A stretch of 64,000 nt of DNA, taken from Podarcis liolepis. Lineage: Eukaryota. Made by a program: the position numbers and the translations under genes. The notes beneath the pieces are model-generated. The model was not told where the DNA came from. It ran no database searches and saw only the letters and a list, made by a program, of their open reading frames with translations. Each line of letters begins with the position of its first letter. Positions within the stretch are counted from its first letter, which is position 1. Location of the stretch: NCBI GenBank assembly GCA_965112155.1, contig OZ218103.1; one strand, 5' to 3'. Positions 37,801 to 49,800 of this stretch are shown here, in pieces.

Positions 37801-38819
37801 GAAATTGAAATAGGGAAATCAGTGTTCGGTTTCTTGAAAAGATCTCTCTGTGTTTTTAAACACATTCAAAATGTAAGTTTCTAGCCCTCATGAATCTGAA
37901 ATGTTCAGCCAGCCTCCTCCAAAATCTGTGGAACTCTTATCAAATTCCAGACCCTTCCTGTTTCTTCTAACCCACTTATTATCCTCAGAACCAGCTCTAT
38001 AGATTCGAAAGATAACATTCATAGCATTAATTTTGGAAGGTAAACAATGTATGTAGGTTGGGATAACTTTGAGAACAGAATCCGGGTTTCCTTGGCAAAG
38101 CCTTCATGTATAATTACTTTAGAGAAGTGGGAAGGTTTTTGATACAGCAAGACCATGCTCCCTCCTGTATGTTCCTTGGTGGGATTTCTCTGGCGCATTG
38201 ATTATGACTGAGGACTTGTTAGTATCTGCAACCAAGGGAAGTAAAAGCATTGAATGCAGTTTACTCTAACTGCAGGACAGTCGACCAAGTGGGTCACTGT
38301 CATTGGAACTACCAAAGGAGAATAACCAGAAACGATGGTGCCCTCCTCGAAAGAATTCTACAGCTGATGATTTGATAGACAGGCTCTGCCACATGAACCA
38401 TCTATTCTAGGACAGCTGATATTTTGTTCTGTAGAGCATTGTGCACTTCCCAGTGGGGAATCAGAGCAGCATCAGCATCGCTGGATCCTCAGGGAGAATG
38501 CCCTTGCTTTCTCTGAATGACCACCAGAACAAGAAGACTGAGTGATACTTTCAAATTCACCCTTAATTAATGAGCACATGCACATTTAAGGCAATGATAG
38601 CAAAATGTTGACCTACAGCTAACCCAGCAGAAAAAGGCTATTTAAAGCTATTTGTTTCTAAAGACTGCCTTTAATTGATAATGAGAAACAATTTGATTCA
38701 TTTGCTGCATGTTTTCCTTTCCTTTCTTTTTTTGTTGAAGGAACATTCTCATGCTACACACTGAATTTATTAAATGGTCTATATGAATGTTCTAGTGCTA
38801 TTTAATATTCTCATACAGC

Positions 38820-39220
38820 CATGGAATTTAGATCTAATAGGTCATTGTGTCCTGCTATTACATGATTGCTCCCTACAGCATATTTACTCTGTGTATTGAC
38901 TGTCCGGCTTAGTTTTTAACCACTTCCCTTGGGAGATTCTTCTGCAGCCCAGTCTATCTTATTGCAAGGACAGTTTTCTAAATCTCCACAATAATTTTTC
39001 CTTTCTTAATTTAATCACTTAGTTCTTAGTTTTATCATCCCGTATTACTCTTCTTGATGTTTATACTATTAAATATTTAGAGTCTTCTCTGATGTTATTG
39101 TATAATCAAGCTGTAAACGTTTAGCTCTTTGAAATGTTCATCATTTAATCCATTTCTCTAGTCCCCTAATTAGTTTGGTGGCTGTTCTTTGATACTTTGA
39201 GTACTGGGCTACAACACTGA
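38820..39220 (-). mobile_element. Old CR1 3' fragment
   Basis: CACTTCCCTTGGGAGATTCTTCTGCAGCCCAGTCTATCTTATTGCAAGGACAGTTTTCTAAAT resembles the reverse complement of the CR1 ORF2 end; highly degenerate. Confidence 0.5.
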
Positions 39221-40142
39221 GCATCAGCTGAAGGATTAGGAATTTTCAGTATTTGTGTAGGTTGATTGTTAAATAGATCAGTGGAAAGAAAAGACCACAT
39301 GTCAGTGGAGTAGACAGGTGTATCTTAAACACCTGGTGGTGCTCCTTGTGGTTTTGTTTTGATGTACTTGTTTACACAGTCTGCATGCCTATGTCTCCTG
39401 ATATCCATACTGCTCCCCCACCCTTTCCTAGAAAGTGGGCATTTCTCCTGGTTTCAAATGAATATAGGACCATTCCCTTCTGCTTGAGGCGAGGAAAGCA
39501 GGAGAAGAGTACATGAAGGAGCACAGGAGGCCCTCTGTTAGTCACTCTGCATATACAATTGTATGTGGATTGACAACAATATCATATGGGTTTTAAGAAA
39601 AATATTTTAGAAAATCAACTAGATAGATCAAATGATGGTTTTTCTGGTTTGTTGTAGTTCTTGTGCAGAAATTGCATTGACCTTTGACACCATATTGAAT
39701 CATAAGAATGTATCATTTCCCCCTAGTTTGTAATCTGTTTTGGCCTTGTTACTTTCTAATTTTTCACCTTATTCTTGATTTGCTTTTCCATTGTTCCAGC
39801 TCCTTGTTTAAAAGTAATTTGCTTTTTGGATACCTTTTCACATTTCTCACATCATTATTCTCTGTATCCCTTGGCTTATACAATATACCAGTTTAAATTC
39901 ATGATAAAGTTTTTTGTACCATGAAATGAATGAGAATGCTGAAGAAGAAAGATAGGACTTACATTTTTACATCATTTCCCCCTTCCCACCTTTAATCCAC
40001 ATTAGCCATACCTACCCAACTCATGAAATTACTATTTGGTATTACCTAGATAAAGTTCTATTAAATACAGTGGATTGGATCCTACAAAGTTCTTAGCTCA
40101 CATTCCTCTTAACATAGTATGAATCAGGCAGAAACAAAGTAT

Positions 40143-40423
40143 GCATGAAGATGTTGAGATGTTGTTCCTGAGGGCTGGACTAGAACTAATGGCTGGAAGT
40201 GGCAAGGAAGCAAATTTTGGCTAAGCATCAGGAGAAACCTCCTAATGGTGAGAACTGTTTTAGAGTGAAACAGATCAATTTAGGAGGTGCTGAGCTTTCT
40301 TTTTCTGGGGGTACTTAAGCAGAATATGGATAGTCACCTGTCAGGGATACTGTATAGTCGTGCATTGGCCAGAAGGTTTAATTAGGCGGCCTCCAAAATC
40401 CCTTCCGCCTTGAAAATTCTGTG
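40143..40423 (+). mobile_element. CR1 LINE 3' end (older)
   Basis: GGACTAGAACTAATGGCTGGAAG...CATCAGGAGAAACCTCCTAATGGTGAGA...TCCCTTCC...ATTCTGTG; homologous to 50337-50726. Confidence 0.8.
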
Positions 40424-40959
40424 CCACATTACAGATGCCCACAAAAGTAAACATATTATTGAAACTGTATCAAAATACCTGGCTCAGAAAAACAGAATTT
40501 ACCATTTACTTCAAAGGAAGGCACCAGCTCATTTGATATTTGAAATCAAAGCATGATGCCTATATTTTGTGATTCCATAATCTTCAAAGTGCTTTAAATG
40601 ACTGAGGCTGAAAGTTTGCATAGGATTGCACCCTTAAGCTTGCATTGGCAGAGTTCTCTATGGCCAAGAACCATAATGTTATTTCACTGTTCGTTTCAGT
40701 GAATGGATGTGAAGCAGTCCCTTAGGTTATGCCACCTATTTTTCTAATGAAAGTAAGCAAGATGTCAAGGTTCATAGAAGTGTCAGTGAAGCATATAAAT
40801 GATTGATCTAGCACCCCACCGGCTATGCATTCTGGCCCACCATGTCTCCCATACATCTGTCTGTTTTTATCTGCCTTACTAGAACTTCAAAAACTTGGTT
40901 TTCAAGCACCTGGCAGGCCAAAGTATCTGGCTGGAAATTTATGCTGGTGTGGTTCTTAG

Positions 40960-41038
40960 TTAAAACTTAGTATTTAAGATGTCACAAGAAGATTCCTAGT
41001 TGTTTTTGTTGCAACAGATTAACATGGCTGCTATTCTT
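40960..41038. mobile_element. Penelope-like terminal remnant
   Basis: TTAGTATTTAAGATGTCACAAG...TTGTTTTTGTTGCAACAGATTAACATGGCT, reverse-related to the start of 50826-50968. Confidence 0.55.
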
Positions 41039-41359
41039 AATAGTTTGAGAAGCAGAAACATGTGACTGTTTTCTTGCCCTTTCTCTTTCCATGCCACCTT
41101 GGTGTCATGTCATCTCTCTGTTGTTTCCTCGCCCATAAAGGAGCGTGGCACTGAGGTCCCACCCCCCACCCTCCAAGGGGCTTTTTCCAAGGTTTTGTTC
41201 ATTATTGTTTGTAAAGTGCTTTGGGGAACATGGCTGAGAGACATGCAAGGCATCATTATGGTTAATAATCCATTATTTAAAATATTTGGGACCATTGAGA
41301 AAAATAATGACATGTATGTAGTGGAGTGGTTAATGCGATTGCATCTCTTACAGGTTTCA

Positions 41360-41619
41360 NNNNNNNNNNNNNNNNNNNNNNNNNNNNNNNNNNNNNNNNN
41401 NNNNNNNNNNNNNNNNNNNNNNNNNNNNNNNNNNNNNNNNNNNNNNNNNNNNNNNNNNNNNNNNNNNNNNNNNNNNNNNNNNNNNNNNNNNNNNNNNNNN
41501 NNNNNNNNNNNNNNNNNNNNNNNNNNNNNNNNNNNNNNNNNNNNNNNNNNNNNNNNNNNNNNNNNNNNNNNNNNNNNNNNNNNNNNNNNNNNNNNNNNNN
41601 NNNNNNNNNNNNNNNNNNN
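41360..41619. other. Assembly gap (260 N)
   Basis: Run of N. Confidence 1.
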
Positions 41620-42078
41620 AAATAACATAGCTAAGCCTTTTCCTAGTAAAATGATGGATTCTGTGGCATTAAAGCGAATATTTATATTTCTGGCATTTTG
41701 ATTACTTCTGTCTATATTTACACTAATGCACAATGAAGAAAAACACAATTGGATAGAATATTGATGCTGTTAGTTTTATTTGATTATTGTTTGAGCATTT
41801 TAAAGTACCCTTTAGGTGCACATGTTGTAGGATTTTATGCAGTATCATATTTTGTATCCATTTGCTGCATATGCTGTTTCAGTGATTCAAAAATAAAATA
41901 AAAGTCCCAATCTAGAGAATCCCTGTGGGCTCAGGAGCCCAAATGCATATGGGGCATTCCTACACATTCAAAGGTTTTCCTATGCAAAGCGATACTTGGG
42001 ACATTTTTGTGTGTACACGACCATTTCGTACCTCATCACAGTCAATGGGGGAGTCTTTGCTATTATGAAACTCTACAT

Positions 42079-42205
42079 AGGCATGGGAACCATGGCCCTC
42101 CAGATAGCATTGGACCACCCCTTCCATCAGACTTGACCATGAAAGCTGAGGCTGATGGGAGCTGGACTCCAACCACATCTGGAGGACATCAGCTCCTCAT
42201 CCCAG
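42079..42205. mobile_element. ~127-bp palindromic hAT-like MITE
   Basis: CCTCCAGAT/ATCTGGAGG and CCATCAG/CTGATGG inverted arms; possible 8-bp TSD CTCTACAT/CTATATAT. Confidence 0.75.
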
Positions 42206-43037
42206 CTATATATATCCACTGAGAAATCTCTCAAACTCTGGATTTATAGACTAGGACCATTCAGTCTACCAATTATTGCTTCTGAGCAACTTTCCATCTT
42301 TTAAAAAATCCATACATATTTATTTATTTAGAAGATTTTGATTGAATGATTCTCAAGGTGACTTAGAACAGATTGCAACAGTACAAAAACAAACAAAACA
42401 CACACCACACACTGACAGCTCTCTTTAGTCCTCTGGCTGATGAATGGGGCCATAGAGTGTTTTCTCTCTAGGTCTGTACTTTAGAGTGTACTTCTTGGGA
42501 GGGAAGGAGAAAGCATGCTTCTTCCAATTGCTCTGGGACTAGGGAGTCTTCTCTTCGCTGTGATATTCTTTCTGAGAGGCAGGGGATATAACATCCTGCT
42601 ATCCTTAGTTTTCTGCCCCAAAGCAGCCAGTATGGGGAGCTGCCATTGCAGAGCCAGCGCCCTGGCAATGGTGTCACTGCAGGGGCAGGGCTGGGCAATT
42701 TCAACCTTACTACCAACTTGGCCCACCAGGTAAGAAGCAGTAACAGCTGCTGAGAGACCAGCTTTGCTGCACAAACCACTCCTTTTCCTTCTGCAGTCTC
42801 CGTTCTGCTGATCAATCTCTTGTTCTTTCTTCCAATCCACATGTACTTGGTGCATTGTATGTAGAATTGGAAAATTCCTACATGCATTGTTGCTTTAGAT
42901 CGTGGTCATTTGATTCTGGTGCTTATGAATTTAAAATATATTTTTTCAAGGTCTGATCACAACCATTTCCATTTAAGATTTGAGAAACACCTCTGCAGTC
43001 AGATCTGAGTTCTCCACCAATGCATTTTATAAAGTTT

Positions 43038-43178
43038 TATAGGCATAGCCAAGGTGGGGACGGGGGCAACTGCCCACCCCCCCAATCAAGTAAAAATAAC
43101 AAAACTTAACTAACTGAAGTTCTGCCCCCCCAACATAAAGCCTGCCCCTCCCTAACATAAATCCTGGCTACACCCATG
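43038..43178. mobile_element. 141-bp hAT-type MITE
   Basis: TIRs TATAGGCATAGCCA / TGGCTACACCCATG; 8-bp TSD TAAAGTTT/TACAGTTT (7/8). Confidence 0.8.
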
Positions 43179-45261
43179 TACAGTTTTGATCATTTCAGTA
43201 TGCTTATTCAACAGGAGGACAGTTTATAGTGTGCTTTTAAACTATATGGTTATTTGTTAAGTAAATTCTGCAATTCAGAAGCTGCAGTTTTGAACATGCT
43301 GACTAGAGACTATGGGGCTTATTTCTGAGTAGATGAGGACAGGATTGCACTGCACATGATACTACTGATAAAAAGAAAGGGCCCAGATTCTACTTGTATT
43401 AAATAAGTTATGATTTAAAATTGGGATGTGTATGTAATTTGATTAATAGATAATCTGCACGAGAGGATTAAACTTTTTCTCTCTCTGTGGTGTTTGAAAT
43501 TGTAAGAGGTGAGCATCTTTTTGATCTTGTTGGCCACCTATTAAATAGAGCTATTTCATTTTAAGCTGTCCCTCTGTACACATAACTTAGGTTACCTTTC
43601 CCAGTGTGTATTCCTGGTCTGTTTAAAATAGATTAGGGTTTTACATATATTTTGTTTTGATGTCTGGTACTGAGTATACAAGAGCTAATCATCTTGACCT
43701 TTCTGACAAACAGAGCAACAGAAGGATGCATCTCTCAGAGTTAATTCTGTCTTGTTCTCAGTGGGAACAGAACATTCCTCTGTGATCCTCTTTCACATGA
43801 TTCACTCAGGCCTCCTGGAAGCCACTCTTGATACTATTAGTGCTGGGATACTTAGGTCTAAAGTAGATCGACAGTAGTGACATCACAGACCATTTGTGGT
43901 TTAGAGACAGATTGGACCAGGCAAGTGGAGTTGTTAAGACTCATATTAAGGAAGCAGTAGAAAATGAGATTAAATAGCAGAGCATTTTTTTTGCATTTTT
44001 TACAGTTTTCATTTTCATCTACTTAAGCACAGTTTTAAGAAAGAAACAAGAGATTTCAATGAACTTAACAACCTGATTTAAATAACCTGATGATGAAATC
44101 CTTTGTTAGGCTATATTTGGTACCAGTTAAGAGATGACAACACATAAAACGGCAACCAGTATTTCAGCATATATAATTTTATTTAAACAATTCCAACAGC
44201 AATATGAGAAGCTATATTTATTTCCAAGAAAAAAAAATTGATATAGGAAAACTGGATGAAAGTTAAATTGCCTTAAATTACTTGAATCTCTTTCAGTCAG
44301 AAAACAAACAAACTTGGAAGTGTAACTATACTCTGTTTCTTTCTGATGCAACACAATAAATGTTGCTGTATTTTCAAACTGACAGTAAATAAATACCAAT
44401 AAATTGTTGCAAATCTGTCTATAGGATGTCACCAAGTTTTGTAGGAGTGATTCTTCAGTTTACACTTGTTTTTAACACTCGTGTCTTGTTCTACCTCTGG
44501 AATCCAAAAGTACAGTACAACAGTTTTTATTTGCTTGCCTTCTGTTTAGTTTCACAATTATTTATCAATGATGAAGCAGGTCCAGCCGTTCCTGATTGGC
44601 TTAAGGTCCAGTGGGTTATTAAGAGTGCTCTTCTTGCCCTTTGGTTCATCCTAGAGTACCTTTCCTCATCAACACTAGAGCAGTCATTATCTTGTCATTG
44701 CAATGAAGCAGGGTTTTGTTTTTTTTTAAAAAAGGCATTATGTACACATTGACCTGAAAGTGACCCTAGCTGGTGAGCAAGGGAGTGTAGTTATAGGGGA
44801 CGGCAAAAGGCAGAGGAGTATCACTCCTGATGATATCAGCTCGGAATCAATCACTTCTGAGATAATTTCTGTTATAACTCTGATAATTTCCCACTTGTCT
44901 TCTTGACCGAGGAAAGTTTTTAACAAACAATGCTGCCTCTAGACTAGCACCCTGTCCTTCCCACATCCTCCTCCCTGACTTTCCCACTGCTTATGATGAC
45001 TACCACACCTGTTTCTCTTGCCGCTGTTGTGCCCACCTTGCATTTTCTTTGGGTGCTACTGCCGTTTCAGATGATTTCTTTAGCCAGAGAATTGCTACAG
45101 AAGTGTTCATTTAATTCTTTATTTAATATATTTATAGAGTTCCTTGCAGCCATAATGGCTCCCAAGGCAGTGTGCTATTAAAAAAAACACCCAACAATTC
45201 GGCATCTAAAAATAAATCTAGGGAGCAAAAAAGAAAAAGTCAGAACAACCAATATGCAATA

Positions 45262-45503
45262 CAGTGGTACCTCGGGTTACATACGCTTCAGGTTACATAC
45301 GCTTCAGGTTACACACTCCGCTAACCCAGAAATAGTGCTTCAGGTTAAGAACTTTCCTTCAGGATAAGAACAGAAATCGTACTCCGGTGGCGCGGCAGCA
45401 GCAGGAGGCCCCATTAGCTAAAGTGGTGCTTCAGGTTAAGAACAGTTTCAGGTTAAGAACAGACCTCCGGAATGAATTAAGTACTTAACCCGAGGTACCA
45501 CTG
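45262..45503 (-). mobile_element. Tc1/mariner (Tigger-like) MITE, copy 3 (inverted relative to copies 1 and 2)
   Basis: TA|CAGTGGTACCTCGGGTTA ... TAACCCGAGGTACCACTG|TA; perfect TIRs; extra ACATACGCTTCAGGTT unit. Confidence 0.95.
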
Positions 45504-45583
45504 TACCAGAATAAGCAAAGCAGCAGCACCAATGAATTGCTTCATCTAAGCGCTGAAGGCATGGTGGGAAAGCTTTCCTTATA

Positions 45584-45811
45584 CAGTGGTACCTCAGGTT
45601 ACAGATGCTTCAGGTTACAGGCGCTTCAGGTTACAGACTCCACTAACCCAGAAATAGCACCTCGGGTTAAGAACTTTGCTTCAGGATGTGAACAGAAATT
45701 GCGCGGCAGCGGGAGGCCCCATTAGCTAAAGTGGCACCTCAGGTTAAGAACAGTTTCAGATTAAGAACGGACCTCCAGAACAAATTAAGTTCTTAACCCG
45801 AGGTACCACGG
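45584..45811 (-). mobile_element. Tc1/mariner (Tigger-like) MITE, copy 4
   Basis: TA|CAGTGGTACCTCAGGTTA ... TAACCCGAGGTACCACGG|TA. Confidence 0.93.
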
Positions 45812-45960
45812 TACTCTAAAAAGGGAGGAGAAGTGTTCTTGTCAAGCATCCAATCAGGAAGAGTTCCACAGAACAGGGCCACCACATAAAATGAACTGTT
45901 CCTTATTGAGGATAGCTGGGTATCTACAATTAATAGAACTTGGAGGTGGCTTCATTTACA
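45812..45960 (-). mobile_element. L2 3' fragment
   Basis: GGAAGAGTTCCACAGAACAGGGCCACCACATAAAATGAAC is the reverse complement of the L2 'F.VVA..LWNSLP' motif. Confidence 0.6.
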
Positions 45961-46766
45961 GGCCTTGCTACAGGAGAGTTTGCACAGCCTCACTTCAGGC
46001 TTTAAAGAGATATCGGCCGTTTAAATTCTGTAGCAGAAGAGAAAGCAAGGGAACATAGCTACAGACTAAAAACCCTTGGAAAGTGGGAGCAAAAGGACAG
46101 AGAAGGAAAATACATTCTGGGGCACTGGGCAGTGGAGGGGAGGAGGAGTAAATAAGCAGGGGACGTGCCCGTGCCCCATTAAAAGTTATTTGCATCATTG
46201 ACTTAGAATAATACTGATAGCGAAGAGAGATTGAAAAAGCGGGGGGGGGGGGGAGCATTGCATTATTTATTGAAGGATTATGTTGCCAGTGAGTAGAGGA
46301 GATATTAAAATACAGTAGAAAACCCCCTGACTGAGTCTTGGTTATTTGAAATACATAGCTACACAAACCAGCGTATATATTTCTTGAAGCTTCTGAAAAG
46401 TGTGAGTGTATGAAGAAAGTGCTTATGCTGAGCTAGGTATCTGATTATCTGAATACTTTACATGTTCAGATGTGGGAGGTTGAACAATTCTTCTGAGACA
46501 TGAGGCATGCCTACTTTCTTTTCCTGGTTGTTTTGCAATTGGAGGAGGCAGGATTTGTTTACACACTGGACACAATCTGGAGAAAGTTAAACTTGCCTTA
46601 AGTTTAGTCTTGAGAATAGGATCTTGCCTTCAGGCAAGGAAATTGCATTTTCTTTCTCTTTAAGATCACAGGTAGTAGACCATGTTGGCATGTGTGCATA
46701 GATGGGCCAAACATATGGTCTTATTTGCAAGGCTCCTCAAGTTCCATGTCAATTCAGTGTGATGGG

Positions 46767-47000
46767 ATTTATTATTTTTTAGCATTTTTATTCCACTCTT
46801 TGGCTCAGAAAGTTTCCCAGAGTGGCTTATATAAAGTCGATAACCAACATGGCAATCCCTGCTGCAGGCCTAAAGTCTAAAAGACACTATACACATGGAG
46901 AAGGGGGTTGGGAGGTATGAGGAAGAAGCAAACAAACTCAGATGCAGGTTCTTAAAGTTATAAAGTTGTTACAAGGATCAGCTTGAATGGAAGCATCTGA
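46767..47000 (-). mobile_element. L2-type 3' UTR remnant
   Basis: ATTTATTATTTTTTAGCATTTTTATTCCACTCTT...CCCAGAGTGGCTTA, typical reverse-oriented L2 tail. Confidence 0.5.
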
Positions 47001-47334
47001 GGAAGAAGAGCTGGGGCTGTATGAAACTGGACTTGTGAGCCAAACCAATGGAGCAGTCCTGCTTCCTATCTTTCCCTCTGTTCCCACCAGGTATTTTTAA
47101 TGTAGCTTACTTAAAATACTCAGCCAGTAGACTTAAGTCACATGAGGTTGGATCCATTTTCAACTTATTGCAAGATCCTTGTGCAAGAATAGAGAATTGA
47201 AATCTAATAGTTTTCTTCATTAGTGCAAGATGTTGCACGAGCACCTGCTCAAGGCTTCAACATACGTGGCTGTGCTAAGTATTTGTTGTAGGAAGTCACA
47301 TGCAATAGTTTGAGGAACAGGGTCACATAATTTA

Positions 47335-47557
47335 TTCTGCTCTCTAGAAAAACCCACCTCTTCTCCTATTCGCTCAAGGTGGCGTACATGAACATATTCT
47401 TTATTTTCTCCTCACAGCAATCATGTGAGGACGTTTAGACTGAGAATTGGTGACTGGCCTAAAGTCGCACAGCAATCTGTGCTGCTGAGTGGCGGCTTCA
47501 GCCTGGTCTTCTGGTCCTCATCTGACATTCAGTCTCACCACTGCACCACAATGGCTT
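47335..47557 (-). mobile_element. MIR/CORE-like SINE
   Basis: TCCTCACAGCAATCATGTGAGG...GACTGGCCTAAAGTCGCACAGC...CCACTGCACCACAATGGCT (CORE plus reversed tRNA head). Confidence 0.75.
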
Positions 47558-48099
47558 TAAGTGCACTTTGTTTCCTCTCAGCTTTACTCAGCACATGTAC
47601 TTAAAAGCTTAATTTTGGGACTGTTACCAAAAACATCTTCCTTATCTTCTGCTTTCAGGCAGAGGGTTTCTTCAGCCATTATGGTCTGCTACCTCTTCAC
47701 ATGGCTGATCGCAGTGCCGCGTGAAGCACCAGCGATTCCTAAACAAAAAACTGAGATGAGAACTGCCTCAGTTTTCCAGAGACCCTTTTAATCCTTTTAG
47801 TGCCTTTCTCAAATTCAGATTCATCAGGCAAGCAAAATAGAAGAGTCCAACAAGTCAAAGCAGTTTTGTGGGTAAACACCCAAAAGGTACTGCCTTATTT
47901 ATTTATTTATTTATACAAGCCTGTTGTGAGCTGGCAGAAGAGGAGAACGAATAGCCACATTTCTGTGCAGGGAGGAGGGGGACTTCCCTCCCTCAACACC
48001 ATGAATATTTTTATGCTGGAAGCACAGAAAGGGCAAAACATTCAAAGGCTCCTCTGCCAACCCACTCACTTCCTGCATGGAATCCCTGGTCACCTGTGG

Positions 48100-48620
48100 C
48101 TACTAGGTTGCTGCTTACATGCAAGGTTGAGTTGAATAATTGTGCAAAAATAGCTTCCAAGAAACTTGTTGTCATTATATGTATCGCTGGTATTGCTAGC
48201 CTCCTGTTAATTTTAGCCGCTGAATTATTCGAGGCAGAATTGAAGTGCACCTCCCCTCCAGTGAACAAAGGGTTAATTTCAAAAAGTGCACTGAAGGTGA
48301 GGAGGCAGGACAGATGTTGAAAGTGACTCACCCTACCTCCCAGAACTGACAAGACTGGGTCGTCATTAGTTAATAAACGTATTAACTGTGGCAAAGCCGT
48401 GTTAGATAAATCAGCCATTAATAAAAGGGGTGGGAGTCCCACCGTGGCAGCTGGCCAGGTACTTTATGATAAGCACTTGCAGGACTGGGCCAATCAGACT
48501 TGATTGTTTGCTGGCAGTGGCTTCGTTGGCCAGTGCTGCAGTAAACACTTTCCCTTGGAAGTTGGTTTTCTGTTGTGTCTGGCAGCCACACTGGGCTGCT
48601 TGAACTTTAGCCAGAGGCAA
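48100..48620. promoter_or_regulatory. Candidate conserved intronic enhancer
   Basis: TE-free, CpG-retaining; AACAAAG 48264, CAGATG 48311, TGACTCA 48324-48330, AGATAA ~48404, GGCCAATCAG ~48488, GTAAACA 48541, many TAAT cores. Confidence 0.5.
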
Positions 48621-49099
48621 ATATTTATACATCAGAGCATGCAGTGTTCAACTGGTCAGGCCTGCAAGAACAAGGGAGAGGACTGTGGGCTTTCTTAACC
48701 AAAGAGGATGTGTGTCCTTTTTAATTGCATTCGTGACACGGTGAAGTGGAACCACATTTGAGTCTGTTTCAGTGTTAACTTTATATTCTGTAGCATAAAC
48801 TTTAGAAATTTGTATAAACATTAGTCATATATGTATTTTTTAAAAAGGGACATCCTGATGTGAGCTCTGTTCCTTTAATTCCTGTTGGAAAGTTTACAGT
48901 TAATATTTTCCCTGGAACGCTGTCAAGCTTTTGACAGAGCCTGAGTGTATGCTGAACTGTGAAACTGAGAAGCAGAGCAAGTTGTGAGAAATCTGTTTCT
49001 ACTCAAATCTGTAAGGTTTATAAAAACTTCAGCAGAGAGGCAGAAAGAGGGGGAGAAATATCTGAGACTGGCTCTCGTTTTGCCTCTCATGGAGCGCAG

Positions 49100-49215
49100 T
49101 GAGTCCGCCATTTTAAGAATTCAGCAAAGGGCGAAGCTTTCAGACTCCTTACATGGCGGCTGTATTTACTTCAATTCCGGCCAATCGAACAGTCTGTGCC
49201 AAATCATGTGACATG
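49100..49215 (-). promoter_or_regulatory. Promoter-proximal motif cluster (YY1 x2, CArG-like, CCAAT, M-box)
   Basis: CCGCCATTTT 49105-49114, CCTTACATGG 49147-49156 overlapping ACATGGCGGC 49151-49160, GGCCAATCG 49179-49187, TCATGTGAC 49204-49212. Confidence 0.55.
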
Positions 49216-49231
49216 CCACGAATGCACTTAC

Positions 49232-49620
49232 AGTCATTTCCTTGTTTCTAAAAACTTTGTTACCTCTACAGATTACTTTACCTTGTTTTTGATGCCAAAT
49301 GTTCTTCGCCGAACGTGTCTAGCAGGCTGGCGTTTGTCCACAAAGTTATTTTAGTAGGTAAAAAGTCTCCGAGCACTTGAGCTGTGTGCATTCTTTATGT
49401 AAAATGGATTTCCCCTCCTGGCCTCAATCCAAGAGCACAGAACACTCGCTGGGCGAGAAGAGAGCTTCTCTGCAGAGGAACTGGTGGACTGACACACTCT
49501 AATTTTTTGGCTCTTGACCAGACAAGTGAGATAGATGCCAGAATTCAACAAAATAACACATTATTGTGTAATAGGAACAGTACTCAAAGTGAGCAAAAGC
49601 TCACAGGAACTGAACGCCAG
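49232..49620 (-). other. Candidate first exon of a minus-strand (antisense/nested) transcript
   Basis: Minus-strand TATAAAA 49647-49641, Inr-like TCAGTT 49613-49608, CpG-retaining body, donors AAG|GTAAAG (49281), GAG|GTAACA (49263), ACT|GTAAGT (49231). Confidence 0.5.
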
Positions 49621-49800
49621 TGCTTCTTTCTTTCTTTCTTTTTTATAACAGAAGCTTGAACTGGCACTTTTAAAATGTTATTTCAGAGGAACAAGGGATG
49701 AAATATAACTGTGATGTACAGGATGAATAAAATCATACAGTTTCTAACATAAAGCAGGAGGGAAGGGGAGGAGGGGGAGGAGGAAGGAAGAGTGGAGCTG
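49605..49800 (-). promoter_or_regulatory. Candidate core promoter (TATA + Inr + upstream C/T-rich tract)
   Basis: TATAAAA on the minus strand; GA-rich tract 49756-49792 (CCTCCCCCTCC on minus, KLF/SP/MAZ-like). Confidence 0.5.

Noticed and set aside
41099-41748. Longest ORFs (200 and 212 aa)
   Set aside because: Artefacts of reading through the 260-N gap
45262-45811. Short reiterated CTTCAGGTTA motifs resembling a CRISPR-like array
   Set aside because: Eukaryotic DNA; the repeats are internal to TIR-bounded MITEs and have no regular spacers
48011-48442. 143-aa minus-strand ORF
   Set aside because: No recognisable domain or splice context; better explained as a non-coding regulatory block
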